Of a stretch of DNA of 64,000 nucleotides, positions 20,060-28,762 are shown piece after piece. The translations under genes were made by a program, and so were the position numbers. The stretch covers positions 608,001 through 672,000 of the forward strand of contig CAXXLV010000002.1 in assembly GCA_963664305.2 (NCBI GenBank), written 5' to 3'. This DNA comes from an uncultured Aliarcobacter sp. GTDB taxonomy: Bacteria; Campylobacterota; Campylobacteria; Campylobacterales; Arcobacteraceae. Position 1 is the stretch's first letter, and each line of letters opens with the position of its first letter. The notes under the pieces were generated by a model. It had not been told where the DNA came from. It ran no database searches and worked only from the letters and a program-made list of their open reading frames with translations.

Positions 20060-22030
20060 TTATCTTTTTAGACCTATTAATGTTGTTAGAATTTCATCTG
20101 CTGTGGTAATAGATTTTGCATTTGCTTCAAAAGCTCTTTGAAATACCATCAAATTAACTAAACTCTCACTCAAATCTGCTGTACTTAATTCTAAAGTTTC
20201 ACTTTCAACTGATACACCATTATTATTATTTACTGCATAGATTGGATTTCCACTCTCTTTAGTTGCAGCTAATAGATTATTTCCTATTGACTCTAATCCT
20301 ATATTGTTTGTAAATTGAGCAATTGCAACTTGTCCGATAACAAAATCAACTCCGTCTTGAGTCATAGTTATTATTCCACTATCATCAACTGAAAATTCTC
20401 CAAAAGATGAATCAGTTAATCCTAAAGAGCTTAGATTTAATTGTAAAGAAGACAAAGAAGTTGTTTGATTTACAGTTGAAATAATTTGCATAAATTCTGC
20501 ATTAGCACCACTATTTCCACTTGCATCTTGATTTCTTTCTTTTGTATAAACAGTTCCACCATCATCAAACTCAATTACACCCGAGAATTCTTCTCCAGGA
20601 TTTTTTGCTTCAATAACTAACATTCCATTTATTGTTTTTGCTTCAACTTGAGTTTGTAAATCTGCATCTGTATTTATTTTTGAAATCAAATCTTGAATAG
20701 CACTATTGTAATCTGTAAGAGTGTTATCACTTGTTACTGTAACACCATTTAAAGTAAAAGATATTGTATCTCCAACATCGAAACTTAAAATATTTCCATT
20801 ATCATCGCTAATAATATCTGCAGCTTCATATACATCTTGTTGAGTACCAGCTACTGCATCTCTTAGTGCTTCCATTGCACTTTTAACTGCTGCTTCACCA
20901 GTTCCTTCAACAGCATTTGTTAGAGTTGTTTTTGTTCCAACTTGTTCTGTTGTTCCTGAAACTTCAGCTAAATCACCAAGTGTAAATGATGTTCCTGGAA
21001 TTATTGAATCTATTTTTATTGCACCATTTAAAACATCAACATTTGAGGTACTTGCACTATTTGTTGAATCAACTGTATAAGCTTTTAATCCAGTAATTTT
21101 TGAAATTTCATCAGCTAAAGATTTATATGTTGCTACCCTACTTGCAAGTACATTATATTCTTCATCAGTTGTTACACCAGATGTTGTAATCCCTGCTGCA
21201 TCCATTTCTGCTTTAAATGAATCTGTTGCCGTAGTAGTTACATAATTTTGTGTAATTTTATTTCCATCAACATATACGTAAATTTGATCACTTTCACTAT
21301 CTAATAAACTTGTTCCTGTATTTGGATAATCTATTAGTGTTGTTTGAGCTATTGATGTACTACTTGACTCTTCTGGATTTTCAGCATAACTTTCTAAAGC
21401 TTTATTATAATTAGTAATTAATGCTTCAATATCAGAGATTTTTGCAGATTGTGTCTTTATTCCTGAACCTGAAAGTTCAGTTGAGTCACTTTTAGCACTG
21501 GTAGTATAATCAGACATTTTTGCAGCATAAGTTTGGATTTTATTTGAAAATTGAATTACTTGATTTCCTGCAATTTCACTAAAAGCATCAGTAAAATATG
21601 TTAGATTTGAATTTGTAGAAGTAATATCAGATGATGGATCAATTGTACTAATTGCCCATCCTTGAACTTCATTTCCAGAAGCATCTTGTAAAGTTCCATT
21701 TTCTCCCATTCTAAAATTTCCAGCTCTTGTATAGTAATTTTCAGATGTTCCACTAAAGTTTTTATTTGATACAACAAAAAAACCATCTCCATCAAGTGCT
21801 AAATCATAAGATGAACCCGTTAAATTTAAACTTCCTTGTGTATATTGTTTTTCTGCATTTGTAACAGATGAACCTTTTCCTATACTGTCTTGATACATCA
21901 AATCAGCAAAAGAAACTCTTGATGCTTTATATCCAACAGTATTTACGTTTGCAATATTATTTGACTCATTATCTAAAGCTGTTTGCTGAGAAGAAAGTCC
22001 TGCAATTCCAGTCCATAATGCACTAATCAT
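20060..22030 (-). CDS. flgE: Flagellar hook FlgE-like protein
   Basis: NNIANVNTVGYK, DLALDGDGFF, YYTRAGNF and LELSTADLS...QRAFEANAKSITTAD motifs. Confidence 0.92.
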   Translation of the reverse strand: MISALWTGIAGLSSQQTALDNESNNIANVNTVGYKASRVSFADLMYQDSIGKGSSVTNAEKQYTQGSLNLTGSSYDLALDGDGFFVVSNKNFSGTSENYYTRAGNFRMGENGTLQDASGNEVQGWAISTIDPSSDITSTNSNLTYFTDAFSEIAGNQVIQFSNKIQTYAAKMSDYTTSAKSDSTELSGSGIKTQSAKISDIEALITNYNKALESYAENPEESSSTSIAQTTLIDYPNTGTSLLDSESDQIYVYVDGNKITQNYVTTTATDSFKAEMDAAGITTSGVTTDEEYNVLASRVATYKSLADEISKITGLKAYTVDSTNSASTSNVDVLNGAIKIDSIIPGTSFTLGDLAEVSGTTEQVGTKTTLTNAVEGTGEAAVKSAMEALRDAVAGTQQDVYEAADIISDDNGNILSFDVGDTISFTLNGVTVTSDNTLTDYNSAIQDLISKINTDADLQTQVEAKTINGMLVIEAKNPGEEFSGVIEFDDGGTVYTKERNQDASGNSGANAEFMQIISTVNQTTSLSSLQLNLSSLGLTDSSFGEFSVDDSGIITMTQDGVDFVIGQVAIAQFTNNIGLESIGNNLLAATKESGNPIYAVNNNNGVSVESETLELSTADLSESLVNLMVFQRAFEANAKSITTADEILTTLIGLKR

Positions 22031-22069
22031 TTTTAATCCTTTATAATTAATAGTGATTCCACTTATTTA

Positions 22070-22100
22070 ATCATAAAGGTTTAGGGTAAATTTAGGGTAT
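22070..22100 (-). promoter_or_regulatory. Promoter of the flgE-flgL-orf-flgK-fliD operon with direct repeat
   Basis: Minus strand reads ATAC-CCTAAAT-TTAC-N10-TATGAT (plus strand TTAGGGTA twice, 11-bp period). Confidence 0.72.
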
Positions 22101-22145
22101 CTAGAAAATAAATAGTTTTAATAATTTACTAACCGTTGGTAACAG

Positions 22146-22898
22146 TTAGTAAATTTTGGTAATATTATTGTAAGAAATAGTTTTTGCTTCAGTATCATAA
22201 GCTGTTGCCGTATCTTCTGTATATGCAAGTGCTAAGTTACTTTGTGAAATAGATGAAGAACCATTACTAACAGAAACAACTAATTGATAATTTCCACTTG
22301 TATTTTGAACTACACTTGCAGTCATTCCTGATGTTTGCGAAATTTCTGTTGCTAATTCATCATAAGTTTTATTATAAGTTGAATATGTATAGCTATTTCC
22401 ATCACTATTTGTTAACGTAATTGAGCTATCTTCATTTGTTGAATCAACAACATCTGAACCACTCGATACTTCATCAAAATAATATACATCATAATAACCA
22501 GATAATTCATAAGCAGTTAAAGTAATTTCTCCATCATTCATGGATACTGAGGAAATTCTATATTGTTTATTATTACCTTCATCATCTGTATCCCCATTTT
22601 CTACGATATTTCCAATTAATGATGCAGAACTAGAAAGTGCTGATTGTTCAAAAGTTGATTGTAAAGCTTCCATTGCTTCTACTGTAGCTGTACTTGCTTC
22701 TAAATTTGATAATTGAAGTTGAGTATCAAGCATTGTTGAAGAATCAACTGCACTTGTTGGATCTTGAAGTTTTAATTGTGTTAGCATCAATGTAATAAAA
22801 TCAGAACTTTCTAATTGATCATTACTAACTGCTGAAGTGACTGTATTACCATAAGCATCTAATGATGAGCTTGTTGTTATCGAACTTGTAGTTGACAT
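22146..22898 (-). CDS. flgD: Hook capping protein FlgD-like
   Basis: DFITLMLTQLKLQDP and QLQLSNLE motifs. Confidence 0.9.
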   Translation of the reverse strand: MSTTSSITTSSSLDAYGNTVTSAVSNDQLESSDFITLMLTQLKLQDPTSAVDSSTMLDTQLQLSNLEASTATVEAMEALQSTFEQSALSSSASLIGNIVENGDTDDEGNNKQYRISSVSMNDGEITLTAYELSGYYDVYYFDEVSSGSDVVDSTNEDSSITLTNSDGNSYTYSTYNKTYDELATEISQTSGMTASVVQNTSGNYQLVVSVSNGSSSISQSNLALAYTEDTATAYDTEAKTISYNNITKIY

Positions 22899-22928
22899 AT
22901 TATACTCCTTAATGGTATAGAATAAAAA

Positions 22929-22980
22929 ATTCTAACTATATGGAGTAAATATAGGGTATTAAAGAGTAAATAAAAGGTAA
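22929..22980 (-). promoter_or_regulatory. Promoter of flgD with four phased TAC half-sites
   Basis: Minus strand reads TTACCTTTTATTTACTCTTTAATACCCTATATTTAC-N10-TAGAAT; spacings 11/10/11 bp. Confidence 0.72.
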
Positions 22981-24303
22981 CTAGTTATTAATATTGATAT
23001 AAAAATGATGATAACCATCAATATATTTATATTCAAGTTTATAATTATGAATTTTGATAATATTATTTGAAATATAAAGCCCAAGCCCTAAACCACTTGT
23101 TGCAGTTTCATAGTCATGATTAAATGGTTTATAATATTCTTCAATATCTTTTGTTAGTTTTTCTCCTTTGTTAATTATTTCTATTGAATTTTCTTCAATG
23201 ATGATTTTAGGTTCTTCTTCTAAACTATATCTTATTGCATTATCAATTAAATTTTTTATAGCAATAGAAAATAGTTCAAAATCTGCATTAATTTTTAAAT
23301 CAGCTTTATCTTCTATTTCAATAGAATGTTCATCTAATAACAAAATATCAAAAGATTGATCAACTAATTCAATGATATGATATTCATTTTTATTTAGAGT
23401 AATTTTGCCAGAAGTTAATTCTTCTATTTTTGCAAACTCACTTAATAAATATTCTAGTCTTTGAAAGACCCTAATTAATATATATTTTCTTTCACTATCT
23501 TCATAAAAATCTGTAATTAATTTACCTTTTGTAATAGGTGTTTTTAATTCATGCATTATGTTTCTTAAAAAAAGATTTCTTGAATCTCTCAACTCTTTTA
23601 GCTGTTTTAATGCATTTGAAAATTCTCTTGTAAGTTCAGAAATTTCATCTTTCCCATTTATTTTTGTAGTGATTTTGAAGCTTCCTTTTGATAGATTAAT
23701 CATATCTTCTTTTAAACTAAGAAGAGGTCTTAATTTTTTTCTAATAAATAGGAAAAACCAAATTAATGAAATATTAACTACACTTAAAACAACTAACCAA
23801 AAATACTTAAACTCATTCTCTTTTAATTCATCAATTAATAATATTTCATGTGGCTTAGGTCTTAATTTAAAAAAAATAGGTTCTTCAAATCTTTCAAATA
23901 GTGGTTTTTCTGGTGGAGGAGGCATTTTTCTAAAATCAGGAAATTTAGGATTAAAATGTATATATTTAACACCATTTAACATATACGTATCAATTGGAGC
24001 TTCATCATCTATTTTTATTTTTTTATAATTTGATGTTAATAAATCTTCAAAACTTTTCTCAGATAATCTCATATCAAATACTGAGATTTTATCATTTATC
24101 TCTTGTAATGATGCATTCTTCATATTTAAATCTTCTACAATTCTAACTGTTGACATATATCTTTTTACTTCTAATAAAGAGTAAGTTTTACTATCTACAA
24201 TAAATTGTATAGTTATAATAATATTAATAATTAAGAAAATAGAAAAGAAAAAAAGTTTAATTTGAAAAAATATAGAATCTTTTTTATTGATTAACCAATT
24301 TAT
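22981..24303 (-). CDS. Membrane sensor histidine kinase (ArsS/RacS-like: HAMP, HisKA, HATPase); start probably non-canonical
   Basis: MHELKTP, NLIDNA and GLGLGLYI motifs. The frame stays open upstream of ATG 24156 through the first TM helix (KKDSIFFQIKLFFFSIFLIINIII); ATA at 24303 follows AGAGGAG. Confidence 0.88.
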   Translation of the reverse strand: MNWLINKKDSIFFQIKLFFFSIFLIINIIITIQFIVDSKTYSLLEVKRYMSTVRIVEDLNMKNASLQEINDKISVFDMRLSEKSFEDLLTSNYKKIKIDDEAPIDTYMLNGVKYIHFNPKFPDFRKMPPPPEKPLFERFEEPIFFKLRPKPHEILLIDELKENEFKYFWLVVLSVVNISLIWFFLFIRKKLRPLLSLKEDMINLSKGSFKITTKINGKDEISELTREFSNALKQLKELRDSRNLFLRNIMHELKTPITKGKLITDFYEDSERKYILIRVFQRLEYLLSEFAKIEELTSGKITLNKNEYHIIELVDQSFDILLLDEHSIEIEDKADLKINADFELFSIAIKNLIDNAIRYSLEEEPKIIIEENSIEIINKGEKLTKDIEEYYKPFNHDYETATSGLGLGLYISNNIIKIHNYKLEYKYIDGYHHFYININN

Positions 24304-24970
24304 AACCTACTCCTCTAATTGATAATATATATTTTGGTTTTTTTGTGTCTTCTTCTATTTTTGCTCTAACTCGACCAATTAAAACATCAATACTTTTATA
24401 TGAGCTTTCATATTTTATAGAATCAACATTAGAAAGTAATTCTTCTCTTGAAACAACAAAACCACCTTTTTGAATCATATATTGAAGTATAAAATACTCA
24501 GCATTTGTTAAATCAAGAAGTTCTTCATCTTTATATATTTCCATTTTAGATTCATCAAAAGTAAATATTTGTTTTTTATTTAAAGGAGATTCTTTTTCAA
24601 TAATTTGATGATTACATCTTTTTAAAATAGATTTTATTCTAAGTATTAATTCTTGTGTATCATATGGTTTTGGCATAAAATCATCAGCTCCATAAGAAAA
24701 ACAAGCAATTTTATCACCTAAATATGACCTTGCAGAAGAAATTATAATTGGTAAATCAAATTTTTGTCTAATTATTCTACAAACTTCTATGCCATCAATA
24801 TTTGGCAATGATAAATCTAATATTACTAAATCATATTTTTTTAAAGAAAGTGCAGATATTCCAAGCTCTGGAGTATCATAATTTGTAACAATTATGTTAT
24901 ATTGGCTTAGATATTCAGTTAAAATTCTAGCTAGTTCTGTATCATCTTCAATCATTAAAATATTAATCAA
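24284..24970 (-). CDS. OmpR-family response regulator
   Basis: Receiver domain (IEDD, LDLSLP, KPY) and winged-helix domain (SIDVLIGRVRAKI, IRGVGY). Confidence 0.95.
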   Translation of the reverse strand: MINILMIEDDTELARILTEYLSQYNIIVTNYDTPELGISALSLKKYDLVILDLSLPNIDGIEVCRIIRQKFDLPIIISSARSYLGDKIACFSYGADDFMPKPYDTQELILRIKSILKRCNHQIIEKESPLNKKQIFTFDESKMEIYKDEELLDLTNAEYFILQYMIQKGGFVVSREELLSNVDSIKYESSYKSIDVLIGRVRAKIEEDTKKPKYILSIRGVGYKLVNQ

Positions 24971-24996
24971 ATTTTTACTCCTTATTTACTTTTTGA

Positions 24997-25027
24997 ATTA
25001 TAGTATATCAATGTAAATAAAAAGTAA
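24997..25027 (-). promoter_or_regulatory. Promoter of the two-component operon with direct repeat (possible autoregulation)
   Basis: Minus strand reads TTAC-TTTTTAT-TTAC-N10-TATAAT. Confidence 0.72.
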
Positions 25028-25034
25028 CAATTTG

Positions 25035-27269
25035 TTAAATCAAGATTTCTCGATTTCCTTTGGCATTTACTTCTGATAAAATTCCAGTTTGTTCTAACTG
25101 TTCAACAATTGTTGCTGCTCTATTGTATCCAATTCTAAGTCTTCTTTGAATATATGAGATTGAAGTTTTTTTCTCTGTTAAAACAATCTCTTTTGCATCT
25201 TCATATAATTCATCAAGTTCAGCTAAATCTGAATTATTTGAATTTCCACCACTAGATGAAGAAACTCCTGAGTTTCTATCTTTTATAAAGTTCATATCAT
25301 AAGAAACTTCTCTTTGGTCTTTTAAAAACTCTACAACTTTTTCAATTTCAGATTCTGTCGACCAAGGCGCATGAATTCTCACTAGTCCAGACATTCCAGG
25401 AGGTGTAAATAACATATCTCCCCTTCCTAAAAGAGATTCAGCACCCATTGAATCTAAGATGATTTTAGAATCTATTTTTTGCCCTACTTTGTATGATAAT
25501 CTACTTGGTAAATTTGCTTTAATAAGTCCTGTAACAACATCAACGGATGGTCTTTGAGTTGCAACTATTAAGTGAATTCCAGAGGCTCTTGCCATTTGTG
25601 CAAGCCTTGCAATTGAATATTCAACATCTTTTCCACTTGTCATCATTAAATCTGCTAACTCATCAATTACAACAACTATATAAGGCATTGTTTCATAACC
25701 TTCATTTTTAGCTTTTTCATTGTAATTCTCAATGTTTTTTGTTTTTGTTTTTGACATTAATGTATAACGTCTTTCCATCTCACTAACCATATTTGCTAGT
25801 GCATTTATTGCATCACTTGCTTTTGTAATAACTGGAGTTAAAAGATGTGGAATATCGTTATACATTGAAAACTCAAGCATTTTTGGATCAATCATCACTA
25901 ATCTTAAATTATCTGGTGAATTTTTATAAAGTAAAGATAAAATCATTGAATTTATTCCAACTGATTTTCCTGAACCCGTTGTTCCAGCAATTAAAAGATG
26001 TGGAAGTTTTTTTAAATCTGTGATAAATGGTTTACCAACAATATCTTTTCCTAAAATCATTGTAAGTGGTGAAATAGAATTTTGGAAAATTTCACTTTCT
26101 AACATCTCTTTTAGATATATTGTTTGTGTATCTTCATTTGGAACTTCAATTCCCACAACATCTTTTCCAGGAATTGGAGCTTGAATTCTTATTGTTTGAG
26201 CTTTTAAAGCCATTGCTAAATCATCTTGAAGACTCAAAATTTTTGAAACTTTTACATTTGGTGCTGGTTTAAACTCAAAAGTTGTTACAACTGGACCTGT
26301 ATAAGTTCTTACAACATCACCTTCAATTTTAAACATTGCAAGCTTATCTAATAAATCTCCAATTTTTTGGTCAATAAAAGATTCTGAAACTTTTGATTTA
26401 TTATCTTTTGGAGGATTTTGAAAAAATGATGTTGGAGGTAATTCAAAATTTTTTGGTTTTTCTGTTTTACCTACTTCAATTTCTGCTAAAAGCTTTTTAT
26501 TTTCTTCCAACTCATCTACAATAATCCCATGAGATTCTACAACTTGAATATCTTTTTCAAAATCATCACTATCAAATAAAGAAGATTCATAAATATTTGT
26601 ATCTTTTATTTCTTCTATATTCTCATATATTTCTGGAGTTATAGTTGCAATATTTGTAGTAGTTTCCTGTTTTATCTCTTTAACTTCAGGAATAGTTTTA
26701 GTAAGTTTTTTATCTATACTCTTTAAAACCTCTTTAGTTGTCTCTTCAACTCTTTTTTCTCTTCGTTTATTTTCAATTCTTTTAATATCTAAACTATTTT
26801 TTAATTTAATTTTATTCTTTAATTTTTTTAAATCTTCAATATCAAAATCTGAATTTTCAAATAAAACTAAAAATGAGATAATAAATCCAACTAAAACAAA
26901 GAAATAAAGTCCAGCACGTCCAATCACTGGGCTTAAAGAATCAACTAAAATATTTCCAATTTCTCCTCTTGAATAAGGATTTTCAATAACTAAAGCTTGG
27001 AAAATCAAACAAACAAAAAGTAATAAAAATACAACTAATATATTTAGTATTAAATCTTTTTGGTCAATATTTTTTTTGAAATTAATCATATAAAGTGGAA
27101 AAATCAATAGTAATAAATATATATAAGATAAATATCCAAAATATTTATGAGAAAAATCAGAAAATAAATATCCAACATTTCCCACAATATCTTTTCCACT
27201 TTCAAATGTAGAAAATTGAAAATAAACAATAATAAATAAAATAATTAGGGATATAATTTTCTTAGCTAT
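25035..27269 (-). CDS. ftsK: DNA translocase FtsK (start probably ATA/ATC at 27269/27272)
   Basis: PHLLIAGTTGSGKS, DELADLMM, ATQRPS motifs and gamma domain IGYNRAA; first TM helix lies upstream of GTG 27185. Confidence 0.95.
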   Translation of the reverse strand: MAKKIISLIILFIIVYFQFSTFESGKDIVGNVGYLFSDFSHKYFGYLSYIYLLLLIFPLYMINFKKNIDQKDLILNILVVFLLLFVCLIFQALVIENPYSRGEIGNILVDSLSPVIGRAGLYFFVLVGFIISFLVLFENSDFDIEDLKKLKNKIKLKNSLDIKRIENKRREKRVEETTKEVLKSIDKKLTKTIPEVKEIKQETTTNIATITPEIYENIEEIKDTNIYESSLFDSDDFEKDIQVVESHGIIVDELEENKKLLAEIEVGKTEKPKNFELPPTSFFQNPPKDNKSKVSESFIDQKIGDLLDKLAMFKIEGDVVRTYTGPVVTTFEFKPAPNVKVSKILSLQDDLAMALKAQTIRIQAPIPGKDVVGIEVPNEDTQTIYLKEMLESEIFQNSISPLTMILGKDIVGKPFITDLKKLPHLLIAGTTGSGKSVGINSMILSLLYKNSPDNLRLVMIDPKMLEFSMYNDIPHLLTPVITKASDAINALANMVSEMERRYTLMSKTKTKNIENYNEKAKNEGYETMPYIVVVIDELADLMMTSGKDVEYSIARLAQMARASGIHLIVATQRPSVDVVTGLIKANLPSRLSYKVGQKIDSKIILDSMGAESLLGRGDMLFTPPGMSGLVRIHAPWSTESEIEKVVEFLKDQREVSYDMNFIKDRNSGVSSSSGGNSNNSDLAELDELYEDAKEIVLTEKKTSISYIQRRLRIGYNRAATIVEQLEQTGILSEVNAKGNREILI

Positions 27270-27279
27270 GATAAAGCCT

Positions 27280-28227
27280 TTATTTTAATAAATTTGAAAT
27301 TTTTCCTTGTAATTTAAGCCATTGTCTATGCTCAAATAAAGGGAAACCTGCCCAAGATTTTTTTGGTTCAGTAATTGTTTTTGTAACACCACCACGAGCT
27401 GCAATTGTAGTAAATGGAGCTATTTCTAGATGTCCAGCTGTTGCACTTTGTCCACCCATTACAACATAAGGATGAAGAGTTGTTGAACCTGATAATCCAA
27501 CTTGAGATACTAAAATACAACCTGAACTTATTTTACAATTATGTCCAATATGAACTAGATTATCAATTCTAACACCGTTGTCAATTTTAGTTGTTTTAAA
27601 TACAGCTCTATCAATAGTACAATTTGCACCAATTTCAACATCGTTTCCAATTTCAACATTACCATTTTGATAAATTTTTATATATTTACCATCTTTAGTA
27701 TTTGCAAATCCAAAACCATCACTTCCAACAACAGTTCCTGCGTGAATAATACAATCATCACCTATTTTACAATCTCTATAAACTGTCACATTTGGGTAAA
27801 TAATAGTATTGTTTCCAATTTTTACATTATCACCAATATATGCACCAGCCATAATAGTACAATCACTTCCAATAACAGAATTTTTACCAATATAAACATT
27901 TGGCATAACTTTTGTACCACCACCAATTAATGGTTTTTCACCATCCATTTCTATAACATTTGGTGCAAAAAGTTTACTAATTTTTGCTAACATTAAATAT
28001 GGTTCATCACAAATTAAAGCAATAGTATTTTCTGGAACTTCACTTGAATTTTCAAGTGTAACTAAAACTGCTGCTGCTTTTGTATTTTTTAAATCTGATA
28101 AATATTTTTTATTTTCTAAAAAAGTAAGTTCAAACTCTGTTGAATCTGTTAATGTATTTAAACCAGTTATCTCTTTGTCACTATTTATATTTAAACCAAT
28201 ATAATTTGCAATTTCTTGAAGAGTCAT
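27280..28227 (-). CDS. lpxD: UDP-3-O-acylglucosamine N-acyltransferase
   Basis: Hexapeptide repeats; GSDGFGFA, IDRA and DNLVHIGHN motifs. Confidence 0.96.
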   Translation of the reverse strand: MTLQEIANYIGLNINSDKEITGLNTLTDSTEFELTFLENKKYLSDLKNTKAAAVLVTLENSSEVPENTIALICDEPYLMLAKISKLFAPNVIEMDGEKPLIGGGTKVMPNVYIGKNSVIGSDCTIMAGAYIGDNVKIGNNTIIYPNVTVYRDCKIGDDCIIHAGTVVGSDGFGFANTKDGKYIKIYQNGNVEIGNDVEIGANCTIDRAVFKTTKIDNGVRIDNLVHIGHNCKISSGCILVSQVGLSGSTTLHPYVVMGGQSATAGHLEIAPFTTIAARGGVTKTITEPKKSWAGFPLFEHRQWLKLQGKISNLLK

Positions 28228-28264
28228 TTTTATCCTTTAATTAGGATAAGATAAGAAAAAATTC

Positions 28265-28762
28265 TTATCTTTCCATAGCTACAATACCACTTCTTACAAC
28301 TTCAAGTGGATTGAATTTTTGCATAACTTTAATAAAATTCATAATTCTTGCTGATGAATCAGTAGCACTTACGATAATTGCTTCATCTGTAACATTTTGA
28401 ATAGCTCCATGATATGCTCTTGCAATTACATCAATGTCTGATAAATTATTATCTATTGAAAATTTCATTAAAACTGTATCTTTTTCAACTACATTTTTAT
28501 GTTCATTTACTTTTAATACAGGAATTAATTTATTTAATTGTTTTACAATTTGGTCAATCACTCTTTTATCACCAGTTGTTACAATAGTCATTCTTGAATA
28601 TGGACTTTCAGCAATCGGAGCAACAGTTAATGAGTCAATATTATAACCTCTTGCTGAAAATAATCCAACAATTCTTGATAAAACATTGTGTTCATTTAAT
28701 ACAACTACAGATATTACTTGTCTTGTAGTTTCACTATCATAATAATGATTGAAGTTATTCAT
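28265..28762 (-). CDS. ilvN: Acetolactate synthase small subunit
   Basis: ACT domain LFSARGYNIDSLTV and KQLNKLI. Confidence 0.95.
   Translation of the reverse strand: MNNFNHYYDSETTRQVISVVVLNEHNVLSRIVGLFSARGYNIDSLTVAPIAESPYSRMTIVTTGDKRVIDQIVKQLNKLIPVLKVNEHKNVVEKDTVLMKFSIDNNLSDIDVIARAYHGAIQNVTDEAIIVSATDSSARIMNFIKVMQKFNPLEVVRSGIVAMER

Noticed and set aside
22126..22152. Hairpin TTACTAAC..GTTAGTAA at the end of flgD
   Set aside because: It has no U-tract on the coding strand, so I did not call it a terminator; it may be a stability or processing stem.
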